64,000 bases of DNA from Podarcis bocagei. Lineage: Eukaryota. Below, one piece after another: positions 9,914 through 21,330 of this stretch. The stretch is from the NCBI GenBank assembly GCA_964188305.1, contig OZ076897.1; one strand, 5' to 3'. The notes below the pieces were generated by a model. That model made no database searches, was not told the origin of the DNA, and was given only the letters and a program-made list of their open reading frames with translations. A program made the translations under genes and the position numbers. Numbering within the stretch: the first letter of the stretch is position 1; the number at the start of each line of letters is the position of its first letter.

Positions 9914-12849
9914 TACTGGATCATGGTATTTGGATGTTTTGGAGGGTTCAGAATTTTGGCAAGGTTGTGCCCCGCTTTGCCCCAAAGAGATGCCTCCCCT
10001 GCGAAGGGCCCTACAGACTGCAGTTGTTTTTCCAAGGCTCAGGTAGCTTGCCTTCCAAAATCCAGGACTCTTGACTCCCTTTCTCTCACCAAGTAGTCAA
10101 CACATGCTCACAAAGAAAATACAACGGAGGTCAAAATGGGGGGTTTTCATTGGGCAAAGTGTTGATACTAGAGCAAAGTAAAACAAGAAGCTGTTTTACA
10201 AGAGCTGTCAGTAATTAGCCCCGCTTTTGAATTACATATTGGTTTCTAAATGTTGCTTCAAGCGGGTTTATTGGATTCCCTCTGAGTTCAGTCATTTAAT
10301 ATTGGCTTAATATAGGCATACACTATGCTGGAAAGAAACTATGCTCCTGTTTGTTTATTTAAAACTTTTATATGCCACTTCTTTCTTAAAATACCCAAAG
10401 CTGTTTGTGATATGAGAAATCGTAAATTGATAAAAACACAGCAAATGCAGTTTAAACAGCAGCAGCCAGAGGAAACGATCTAAGATCCAAGAAAACAATA
10501 TGCAGTTAAGTGCAATATCCCTCTATCCAGAAGATACAAATTCAAACATGCCCACTGCACTCAGAAGAAAAGGGCCTTTAAGAGATGTCTTCCAGGCACT
10601 GGCAGTGGTAACATTTTGATCTGGTAGTTTTTAACCATGCCGTTTTCGTCACAATAGGACTTGTGCAACACTTATTTAGGAAAGTGCGCCATTGCACATG
10701 TGCAGAGTGCCGTCATCTCCTTTGTTCTCTAAAGAAAGAAAGAAATTATTCTGTGCCTATCTATGAACAGGAAAAGGCTTCCATGTAAGAGGACCAATAC
10801 TTCTTATTTGGAAATTAAGCCATACCACACAAGTTTTTGAAACTCTTTGGAATGCAATGCAATTCCATAAAAAAGTAATGGTTAAATATGATCAATGAGT
10901 TTTGAAAAATAGAACATAGATATCCACATCTACCCCATAGGGTGTAATTTAAAATAAATCCAATATACCTTACCATATTGAGAACCTAGTGACCCAAATA
11001 CTTGCTATTAAGACGTTTTTATTTTTATTATTATTTGTTTGCTGCCTTGGGCTCCTTTGGAGGAAAGGTGGGATATAAAGTTAATAAATAAACTAGAGGA
11101 CACCTTCAAATAGAGAACTGTTGTCTGTAAAGTAGGATGCATGCACATGCCTACCATAATATCCAACTGCTGCTATTCTAGAATATCTCCCCAATACCAA
11201 AGTCAATAAATTCAGTCATGCTCAAGCCCAGCATACTAAATAATAGCAGTTACAGCTTTTAATAATGGCTCTGCTAAATGAAATTCTGGTTGCTTAGTCA
11301 CGACTTTATTGATGGAAACCAAGGCTTGAGAGATATTCTGATTGACTTGTCTAAGATCTAGGACAAAGCGCTCTACTATAGGCATACTAGTCAAGCAGGC
11401 TTTTGGACACTTGATTACTTGCCCGTTCTAAATATTATCCCTTATTTCATGGGTGTTTATAAAGTTCTCCCAATTGTAGAGGAAAACTGTAGCCAGCTTT
11501 TTAGCATGCATGGAACGACAGTATTTTCCATAGACAAAGAATGGAAGCCATTAAGCTGGTGTGTGCTCTGTTGTATATATAATGTGTGTACATTTTGACC
11601 CAAGGACCCAATTATGTGAAACGTGAGAACATTATCAATGGCTTGGAAAGTCTTTTAAAAATTAATTTTCAAGGAAACACTAAAGCGTAACCTCTGTGGA
11701 AATTTTATCACATCTTCATAAAAATACTTCGCTTGGAACAGTGGTGGTTCATGATTACATTGTCAAAGTATTATTTTAAGAATTTGTTCGGTAAACCCTG
11801 AAAACATCTGGACAATTCCTAATGTTACTGACCAGGAGAGCATTCTTTATATTATGAAACTGCTGTAGAACAGGAACAGGTAAAAAATAGGGAGGGAGAA
11901 AAATAAGAGTAGAGAGACCCACCATTTTTACAATTTGTCCATAAAGGGGGTTCCTGAAAACTTATAACAGAGGTGGTGATGAACCTACAGACTTCTAGAT
12001 GTTGCTAGACTACAACTCTAACCATTCCTGAGAGCATTAGCCATACTGGCTGGTGTAAATGGGAGTCGGAGCTTCTTACATTCTTAAGCTTAGGACTTAA
12101 GCATTTCTTCCTTCCCAGTTTAGCCCATTGCATTTGCCATAAGTATTAATGCATTGTGCGATACCTTTCAGTATGTATGCAATGGATAGGATCTTGGAAC
12201 TTGGATTTAAGAAATGGAAGTATATGGGGATTTAGAAAAGACCAGAGCTCACCTGGAAAACATCTGAGTAGGCTTTTAAAAACATAATATTATACTACAT
12301 TTCACAGCCAGTTTGTGATTGCATGAACTAGCTGTATTCTCTAGGCAAGGATTATTCATTTCATACATCATTTAGAACTGTAGAGATCCTACAAAGGAAT
12401 GTTGTCTTGAACATTAAATTAGGAGAAGCAGCATGGCTTTTAAAGCCCTCTGATGTCTCTTATTTGAATTATTTTATTTTTCTTGACTGCAAGAAAGATA
12501 TGCACAGTTTTCTCTTTTTTACTTGGAGCATTTAAGTGGCAAAAAATAAGGTTCTTCTCTTTGTTGGGGTACGTAAAGCCAAAACCATGATATTTGGGGC
12601 CATAACCCACATTCCTCAAAACCTCCACCACCACTAGGGAAACTAGGTAGAATATAAACCTAATCAGTAAACATCAAGACAAATTGAAAATAATCTCTCA
12701 ACCTGGTGGGGGGCAGGGGGGCGGGGAGGGAGTTCATCGTCACATACTAGGAGTATTATTTCAGATTTTTGGGATGGGCCAGTGTTCTCAATAAAGGTTT
12801 AGAGACCTGTTTCCAGATAAATTCAAATTGCAGATAATAAATTAATATA

Positions 12850-13128
12850 CAGTGGTGCCTCGCAAGACGAAATTAATCCGTTCCGCGAGTCTCTTCGTCT
12901 TGCGGTTTTTTCGTCTTGCAAAGCACGGCTATTAGTGGCTTAGCGGCTATTAGCGCCTTAGCGGCTTTAAGAAAAAGGAAACAAACTCGCAAGAACTCGC
13001 AAGATGTTTCGTCTTGCGAAGCAAGCCCATAGGGAAATTCGTCTTGCGGAACGACTCAAAAAACGGAAAACTCTTTTGTCTTGCGCGTTTTTCGTCTTGC
13101 GAGGCATTCGTCTTGCGAGGTACCACTG
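12850..13128. mobile_element. Tigger-like MITE, family A
   Basis: TA|CAGTGGTGCCTCGCAAGACG...CGTCTTGCGAGGTACCACTG|TA. Confidence 0.92.
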
Positions 13129-13212
13129 TATTTTAAAGAACATTTGTTTTGGCTAATTTTTAAAATCTCACCCTAAGCATTGGGTGTTAACGTTAGACAG
13201 GCATCCACATTA

Positions 13213-13430
13213 CAGTTGTACCTCTGGTTAAGAACTTAATTCGTTCCGGAGGTCCGTTCTCAACCTGAAACTGTTCTTAACCTGAAGCACCACTTTAGCT
13301 AATGGGGCCTCCCACTGCCGCTGTGTCGTGGTAGTGTGATTTCTGTTCTCATCCTGAAGAGAACCTGATTTACTATTTCTGGGTTAGTGGAGTCTGTAAC
13401 CTGAAGTGTCTGTAACCCGAGGCACCACTG
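13213..13430. mobile_element. Tigger-like MITE, family B (reverse orientation)
   Basis: TA-flanked reverse complement of 5020-5261. Confidence 0.9.
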
Positions 13431-14479
13431 TATATGTTTTAAAAGATGCCTACTCTTTTTATTTAAACAAAACTCTCCAGTTATATAAGTTAGTATTTGC
13501 TTCTAAATTTTGCTGATTTTATCCATATATTATTTATATATTTTATATTGTTGTTTATATTAACACTTATATTTTTTTTTGGGTGGGGGGGGTATGTGAA
13601 GCAGCTTATATATATTTTTCTAAATAAATAAATTTCCCTATGCAGTCTTCCCCTTTGCAAGTCAATGGTAAGCTCTCCTTTGTATACCCCCTAAAACTCC
13701 AAACAGAGGCTCACCCTTACTGATTACCCTTGGAGTAACAGGTCTCATAGCAATTAACAAGTTTTCGCTTTTAAAAATTAGTTTGGTGGCATTTCCTTTT
13801 TTAAAAAGAAAGTTCTTGACTTCCTTTTACATCAATTTATATATAATTGCCGCCTCCTCATTAGTGCAGTAGAGAAAGATTTTGTATTTCATCAGCTCCT
13901 GCTTGAACTTGTGTGATCCTGCTCTTTCCATTTAGCTCTCAACACTTTGCAGACTTAAGGAAATTTCATATCTCATTATGCTATTTGTGGAGGTTCTAGT
14001 ACAATCATGCAAGATCTCATTACATTAATTTTCCATTTGTTTCTGGCATGCCCTGATCTTGTAATTGGAAATACTAACAAATGGGGAGTTCTCCAAATAT
14101 GGTGCACGCATCGTATTTCATTCCTCAAAATGTTCCAATCGGGATATTTTGATACCCTTTGGTTATATCGGGGCCACTGGAAGATGATGTGGAAATTGTG
14201 AAATAACGTCAAAAATATCAGGAGACGGGCAGAATTTTGCCAGTATGATTTTGGAAGATCTTTCCATTTTCACAATTCTAAAGCTTACAGTAACCTTTCC
14301 CAATGTGAATTGAGTTCAGCCTTGGAATATAGAGCAAAACCCCTTGTTAGGAGAATGTCTCTGTGCTTGGACAAATATGAAAGTGAACAACATGGGCCAG
14401 AAATGGAGAGCCAGGTTTATGGGACTGGAGAAGCCTCCAGATGTTGCATGGCATGGCCCTGAGCACCACCCCATTTCTT

Positions 14480-15480
14480 AGATAATGAATCACATGGACA
14501 CCTATATTTGGGGTTAATGGGATAAATAAGGCCACAACTTTATTGGTTACAGATGTGAGCGGTATTGGCTTAGGCATTGGAACTGAACCGACTATACTGA
14601 TTCCTGACCGTCATGTAGGTAGTCTTCTAAGAGTCAACCACCAGTAGGGGGAGCCCTGTTGATGTACATCAGGGGTCAGCAAACTTTTTCAGCAGGGGGC
14701 CGGTCCACTGTCCCTCAGACCTTGTGGAGGGCCGGACTATATTTTTAGGGGGAGACATGAATGAATTCCTATGCCCCACAAATAACCCAGAGATGCATTT
14801 TAAATAAATGGACACATTCTACTCATGTAAAAACATGCTAATTCCCATGGGCCGTCCATGGGCCGGATTTAGAAGGCGATTGGGCCAGATTCAGCCCCCG
14901 GGCCTTAGTTTGCCTAGCCATGATATACATCAACTGCGAGCTCCCCCAGGGTCCCGGATGGGGTTGTGGCATGGTCCTAGCCCATACCCAGTCTTCAGAC
15001 TGGATCCACACCCCCGGATCCCTTTAATGGAATACCCTTAAAGAGGAGGGGGAGGTGAAGGCCACAACCTCCCCTCCCATAAACTAGGTTTACCAATGCC
15101 TAACCACCAAGCCTTACAAAGTTGTGATGATTGCTAGAAGGCAGGTGAAAACCACATGGCTGGTGCCAATTTGCCGAGTGGGAAAATTCCTACTTGGGCC
15201 CCTCAACAGGCGACCAACCATAGTCCATAGCAAGGCCAAGATGATGAATGCATGAAAATAGGGCGGGAGATCCAATACAGGAGGAGAAAAAGGAGAACGG
15301 GCCCCGGCCGCGCGGAGGTTTAAATCTGGCAAGCCACGCCCCACGGTTGACCTGATTGGTCGGCCATAGGGTGTGATGCAGCCGGGACTCCCAATGATAC
15401 AGATGGCATCACCACGCCTCCCGCTGTACCTGGGGAGTGCTCATGACGAGCCTGCAACTCCGCCCTCCCGGGAAGGTGAG
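14480..15480 (-). mobile_element. Putative DIRS/Ngaro-like solo terminal unit (non-coding, promoter plus poly(A) signal)
   Basis: GC-rich island. In minus-strand order it has CCAAT (15355-15359), GC box (15333-15342), TTTAAA (15319-15324), a structured body and AATAAAGTTGTGGCC (14530-14544). I found no TG..CA termini or TSD. Boundaries are approximate and the family assignment comes from recalled motif similarity. Confidence 0.5.
14670..14922. mobile_element. hAT (Charlie-like) MITE nested in the 14480-15480 element
   Basis: CAGGGGTCAGCAAACT...AGTTTGCCTAGCCATG with TSD ATGTACAT/ATATACAT. Confidence 0.9.
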
Positions 15481-15519
15481 CAGTTTACCCAGGCAAAGGA
15501 TAAAGCAGAGGTTGCTGGC

Positions 15520-15692
15520 CATAGGAGCCAATTCTTAGGGGCCAAGGGGGCTCTGCTCCCCAATAAAATATTTAAGCCCCCCCCCAAGTTGATGGGCATT
15601 GCTATTCAATTGTACCACGTCATGTGATTTGGTTATGCAAGGCGGTGTTTACCTGGGCCCCTCCCAATATTTTATTCAAGCTGGTACCCTTG
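15520..15692. mobile_element. hAT-like MITE
   Basis: Imperfect TIRs CATAGGAGCCAA / CTGGTACCCTTG and flanks TTGCTGGC/CTGCTGGC (7 of 8 match). Confidence 0.6.
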
Positions 15693-18132
15693 CTGCTGGC
15701 ACACTAGGGTTCTCTATTTGGGCCTTGGAATTTTCCCAGGCCACGCCCCCTCTCCCCAGGCCACACCCCTCATTTGCCCTGCTTCGAATCCCGAGTATTT
15801 CTGCCTGGTTCAGATGTGGCCTTGAACTCGGATGATGCATCTTCATTGTATTTATGGAAAACTGAGAGGATGTGTAGAAAGTAGTCCACTGGGCAAATGC
15901 AGGCATTTGATGCTCTGTCTGTTTTTGCCTCTGGCCCCCACCATCACAGGTATATGGCCTATGGAAGGTTGTCCAGAAGGAAATGGGACCCTGGAGTTGA
16001 AAATGGCTCTAAATTAGTGAAATTCTGCACCATGCAGTCAGTTTCCATTCATTCCTTCAGTGTGCAAACTATCGTTCTGGATTTTGTAGTGCTTTACTGC
16101 AGCAACATGTTGGGAGAATACATCAATTAAACCCTGAATATATGTATATTGCAGCTGGGCACCAAATGCAGTTCATTTATGTCACCCGTCTAGAAAGTCA
16201 CATTTGCAAAATGACATGTAAGAAAATAATTAAAATCAAGCCTGAAGTAGTTTTTTATTTTACTTTCCCTTTCCAAAATTAATGTGACCGAGGATGGGGG
16301 AGGGGGAAAATCATATTTACACTACTTAATATTGGTAGGCAATCTGCTTTCTTTTGTGTCACTTGAACTAAAACCAAACGAATGAGGCCAAGTGGATGTT
16401 TATAAGCCCAAATCAAATTAATTAGCAGTTTCATTCCCTGTCCAGTGTCAGCGGCCAACTATTGCTATACTCATGAGACTGAAAGATGAATGTCACTTAT
16501 TTATATTGTAATTAAGAAGGGGTTTAATTTCCCAGTGGCAGAATTGAAGACCGTTCCACTTTCTCGGGAACCATATGATGAAAATGACCTATATTTACCC
16601 TGTTGTAATATAACACAGATTTCATCGGCTTGGAGCCCTCTGGGTTTTCTGAACTGCAACTCCCATTAGCACCCGGCACCACAGCCAATGGTCACAGATG
16701 ATGAGAGTAGTAGTCAAAAATGTCTGCACCACAACAAGTGGGGGGGGGGGGAGAGAAGGCTGATATAACAATACTGCCGACATAATGCTAATATCGGGAA
16801 ACTGCTGCAATATAAACACTTGTGCCATATCTTTTAAGTAGAAGCAGGTTATAATAGGCTGGTTTTGCCTTCTTTGCAAAGCAACAATGTACAGATTCCA
16901 GTTCTGCTTTTCTAGTAGTAAATATTCTTACAGGATTGTTGGGGGTGGGGGAAATCAATGTGCTTTTTTTTTTTTTTTGCTAGTTTGTTTCCTGATTAAA
17001 GAGTTTTAAAATGTGGTTTTACTCTGCTCTATTATCTTCTAACAGGTGCTGGCTTTCATTCAAATAGAAATGCACACTGAAAGCTTTTGGCCAAGACCAA
17101 AGCTTAATCAGGACCAGAACCCCTTCTGATTCTACCATTGCTAATTTATACAGTAGTACTGTAATGAATACTGCCTTGGTTAACCATAATCTTCATTTAC
17201 CTCATACATCTTTCAATTGAGTTAAGTCATTAGGGGAAAAAATAGATTAAAGAATGAAATCTGCAGTGGTATAATCTCTTCCCTTGCTGAAAGCAGCAAG
17301 ACATAATGATGCCAAAACACAGGGTGCAGGCTAATCCGAGGTCTGCTACTCAGTGAGGTGGTAAAGCTCTGTCTGGACTGTACCACTTCAGACTGCGGGG
17401 CGGGTGGGCAGGAATCGCACGATGGAATACCCTTCCATATCCCTCAAAAGCCCCTCTGCATAAGGCACTAGGTAAGCCTTCCCCAACCTGCTGCCCTCCT
17501 GATGTTTGGGACTGCAACTCACATCCGCCCCAACCAGCACAGCTGTATTGGTATTAGAGAGGAGCGCCTAGCCGTCTCCTTGACATGCTGACATACACTT
17601 TGTGTGGAGGCACGTTCAGTCGTGTGAGAAGTAGACCCCACAGGGAGAGATCCACTGGGATGTTTTTCTGTGCATGCCCCATTACACCGAAAAGTGGTGT
17701 TCCCATTCATTTAAATTAGGCCCCCACAGGAGAGTTTGTTGGTGGACTGTGTCAAAACAGTTCATTATGCAGGGAAAGAGATGTTTCTCCCCACCCTCTA
17801 GTCTTGTAATTGCTGTTTCTGAGACCTTTCAGCTGTCCGCATGTCAAAACCTCAGTGGCTTATTGTTACTGCTCCCTTGCACTGCCCAAAGAGAATGTGA
17901 CTATTCAAGGTTTTCCTTTTTTTAATGCAACTTCTTTTCGTTGGTAATGTTGTTGTGAACAGTTGGGGGGGGGGGGAGAGAAAGTACTTCCGTGTCCCCT
18001 TTCTGCTGAAGGATCCCTTTGCCTTAGTTTTCAGTAGAGAAATCCTTAGCCCTGCCCAGATATCCATATGTGTTGAAAGGGAGGAATCCCATTCCTGACT
18101 TCCATGTGTCCTGGGGTGCCATTGGTATACAG

Positions 18133-18449
18133 CAGGGGTCAGCAAACTTTTTCAGCAGGGGGGCAGTCCACCGTCCCTCAGACCATGTGGTGGGCTGGAC
18201 TATATTTTGAAGGAAAAAAATTAACAAATTCCTGTGCCTCACAAATAATCCAGAGATACGTTTTAAATAAAAGGACACATTCTACTCATGTAAAAACACC
18301 AGGCAGGCCCCACAAATAACCCAGAGGTGCATTTTAAATAAAAAGACACATTCATGTAAAAACACGCTGATTCCCGGGCTGTCCATGGGCCGGTTTGAGA
18401 AGGTGATTGGGCCGCATCCAGCCCCCGGACCTTAGTTTGCCTACCCCTG
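18133..18449. mobile_element. hAT MITE, same family as 14670-14922, with an internal tandem duplication
   Basis: CAGGGGTCAGCAAACT...AGTTTGCCTACCCCTG with TSD GTATACAG/GTATACAC. The CACAAATAA..CAGAG..TTTTAAATAAAA.GACACATTC unit is present twice. Confidence 0.9.
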
Positions 18450-18924
18450 GTATACACCCTCCCTCCATGCATTCACTTCAATGCATATAGGTTCTTCTAT
18501 GCACATCTAGTGCTGTACAGAAATGCAGGGCATGGGTCCTGCATGTGTGCTGTGCATTCAGGCATGGTTCAGATCGAACCCTGGGCAATCTGGAAGACCT
18601 GAGGCCCCTGGGACCAGCAGGCAGCACCCTTATCTACATGTGCATTTACTCACATAAATGACTGAACTATTAATATAGTTACTATGTTATTATTGCTATG
18701 CTTCGTTTCACCATTAAATGAAGATTCATTTCATGTCCTAATTAGGTGAGCTGCTTATTGGTGGGCACAATGAGGCTGGGATGAACACGGTGAACCAGGA
18801 ATGACATCCCAATGAAATGCAAGGGACTTGTGAACTACACAAAGAGTTCTAGTTACAAGTAGGTAGCCATGTTGGTCTGCCATAGTTAAAACAAAATAAA
18901 AAAAATTCCTTCTAGTAGCACCTT

Positions 18925-19298
18925 AAAGGTAAAGGTAAAGGGACCCCTGACCATTAGTTCCAGTCCCCTGACCATTAGGACCATTAGGTCCAGTCGTGGC
19001 CGACTCTGGGGTTGCGGCACTCATCTCACTTTATTGGCTGAGGGAACCGGCGTACAGCTTCTGGGTCATGAGGCCAGCATGACAAAGCTGCTTCTGGCGA
19101 ACCAGAACAGCGCACGGAAACGCTGTTTACCTTCCTGCCGGAATACCTATCTATCTACTTGCACTTTGACGTGCTTTTGAACTGCTAGGTTGGCAGGAGC
19201 AGGGACTGAGCAACGGGAGCTCACCCCATCACAGGGATTGGAACCGCCGACCTTCTGATCAGCAAGTCCTAGGCTTAACCCAAAGCTCCACCCGCGTC
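18925..19298 (-). mobile_element. Sauria SINE inserted in the Penelope pLTR
   Basis: (AAAGGT)n tail on the plus strand and a full SINE body. It splits AGCACCTTA|CCAGCTAAGTTTG, which is contiguous in the copy at 37331-37356. Confidence 0.92.
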
Positions 19299-19315
19299 CA
19301 GCTAAGTTTGTTATT

Positions 19316-19356
19316 GGTATGAGCTTTCGTGTGCATGCACATTTCTTCAGATACAC
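19316..19356 (-). ncRNA. Minimal type-I hammerhead ribozyme motif (Penelope pLTR)
   Basis: Minus strand GUAU-CUGAAGA-A-AUGUGCAUGCACAC-GAAA-GCUC-AUAC. It has conserved cores, stem I GUAU/AUAC, a palindromic stem II (A-C mismatch at the base), a loopless AGCU stem III and a CUC cleavage triplet. Confidence 0.75.
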
Positions 19357-20015
19357 TGAAACAGAAGTCACCAGACCCTTATATATAGTGAGAGGGTGGC
19401 GAGGGGTATTACTCAGAAGTGTGGTGGGAATGGGTGATTGGCTGATAGGTGTGGTAAACCTGTTGACAACTGTTAATGACTGCAATTGGTCTTACACGAA
19501 AAAGCAAGGGGTGAGATGGCTAAAAATAGCTTTATCATGTATAATGAGATAAGAATCCAATGTCTCTATTCAGACCAGGTCTCTCCATGGTTTTAAGTTT
19601 GGTAATAAGTTGCAATTCAGCAACTTCTCTTTCCAGTCTATTTCTGAAATTCTTTTGTAATATGACAGCTATTTTGAGATCTTGTATAAAATGTCCTAGG
19701 AGAATGAAGTGTTCTCCAAATGGTTTCTCTGTCTTGTGATTCCTGATGTCAGATTTTTGTTCATTTATCCTTTCGCACAAAGAGGTTGTCTCAGTGGAGA
19801 CTTCATAGAAAACAATCCTTGTGAATTAAAGAACATTGACATGCTGACATATGATTCAACCAGATCGTAGCTGGTTCTTCTCTCCACCCCACCTCCCTGT
19901 TTTTGGGGTTAGGTCTCCTCTTCTTGCTTTGAAAACACTGTAGTTGGCCACCCTCTTTTCAATCCTGTTACCTGCAGGCAACATGCTTGTGAAGCATGTT
20001 TCCATCATCCCTGTA

Positions 20016-20352
20016 GGTAAGGACCCCTGACCATTAGGTCCAGTCGTGACCGACTCTGGGGGTGTGGCGCTCATCTCGCTTTATTGGCCAAGGGAGCCGG
20101 TATTCAGCTTCTGGGTCATGTGGCCAGCATGACTAAGCCACTTCTGGCGAACCAGAGCAGCGCACAGAAATGCCGTTTTCCTTCCTGCCAGAGCGGTGGT
20201 ACCTAATAATCTACGTGCTTTCGAACTGCTAGGTTGGCAGGAGCAGGGACCGAACAACGGGAGCTCATCCCATTGTGGGGATTTGAACTGCCGACCTTCT
20301 GATCGGCAAGTCCTAGGCTCTGTGGTTTAACCCACAGCGCCACCCACGTCCC
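20016..20352 (-). mobile_element. Sauria SINE
   Basis: Full body, with the direct repeat CCCTGTAGGTA overlapping both ends (20009-20019, 20350-20360). Confidence 0.92.
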
Positions 20353-20399
20353 TGTAGGTACTGCTACACTAAAGGCCTGAGTCTGACAATGTGAGGTCA

Positions 20400-20780
20400 C
20401 TGTTGCCCTCTCCTGCAGAGTGCAGTGATTGGCTGTGTCTTTTATGCAGGTCTTTTAGGTCTCCTGTTCACTGAGGTCACATGGACCTCTAGCAACAGAG
20501 ATGGATACAGGACCACTCCAGACTATGGACTGTCTTCTTCCGGGGGAATATGACCCCATCCAAAGCAGGCAAGTCACCAATTAATTGAACTCAGGAACTG
20601 CCCATCTATATCACCTCCATAATGCCCGGATCCAGACTCAGTGTTTTGGTCCTCATCCAGCCCACCACCAAGTCCAGGACTTGCATGACCTCTTGATTCA
20701 GATGTTAAAGAAAAATAGAGCTGGATGTCATCAGTGTACTGGTGGCACCACATACCAAATCTCAAAAAAAAATATCCCAA
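20400..20780 (-). mobile_element. Old L2 LINE reverse-transcriptase fragment
   Basis: Minus-strand translation CHQYTDDIQLYFSL matches the degenerate L2 HQYADDTQLY catalytic motif. Confidence 0.7.
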
Positions 20781-21119
20781 ATAATCCAAAGCTCCCTTGC
20801 AGCTATCAGGATTGCACCTTCTGCTCACTAGCTGGTGAATGGAAGACTCAAGCCCGTTCAGCTTGACAGTGTGTGTGTGTGTGTGTGTGTTCCTGAGAAT
20901 AGGGCCAACACAGCTATCTGTGGGAGTTGTAGTCCAACAATATCTGAAGGACCAGAGGATCCCCACCTATGCTTTGGGGTGGTAATTTATAGAAAGGGGG
21001 TACCCATTACAATTCAATCTACATAGTAAAGGATTTTAGTAGCGTGTCTTTAGCTCAGCCTTCATCAACCATCAACCTAGTGCCTTCAAATATCTGCTCC
21101 CAACAGCTTCATGTAGATG

Positions 21120-21330
21120 TGATACCCTGCGGCACCCCACAGCACAGCTGCTAGAGGGTTGAGAAATAATCACCTGGTGCTATTCTCTGAAACCAGCCCT
21201 GGGGGTGGGTCCAGAACCATGGAAGAACTGTGTACTTCCCCACCAATGTTCAGAGCCAATTCAGAAGGATGCCATGGTCAGCGGTATCAAACTTGTTGAG
21301 ACACCAAGTAAGAATAAGAAGGTAACACTC
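21120..21330 (-). mobile_element. Old L2 RT fragment, upstream of and collinear with 20400-20780
   Basis: The minus strand TTTGATACCGCTGACCATGGCATCCTTCTG encodes FDTADHGILL (L2 AFDTVDH.ILL motif). Confidence 0.6.

Larger units (their letters stand above)
18847..19775 (-). mobile_element. 5'-truncated Penelope-like element (GIY-YIG C-terminus plus pseudo-LTR), interrupted by a Sauria SINE
   Basis: The minus ORF 19535-19780 (RINEQKSDIRNHKTEKPFGEHF...RLEREVAELQLITKLKTMERPGLNRD) is the end of a PLE endonuclease. There is a hammerhead motif in the pLTR and a possible TSD CACAAAGAG (18838-18846, 19776-19784). Confidence 0.88.

Noticed and set aside
12708-12730. Four G-tracts (potential G-quadruplex)
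   Set aside because: The motif is real, but G-runs are common in this window and there is no functional context.
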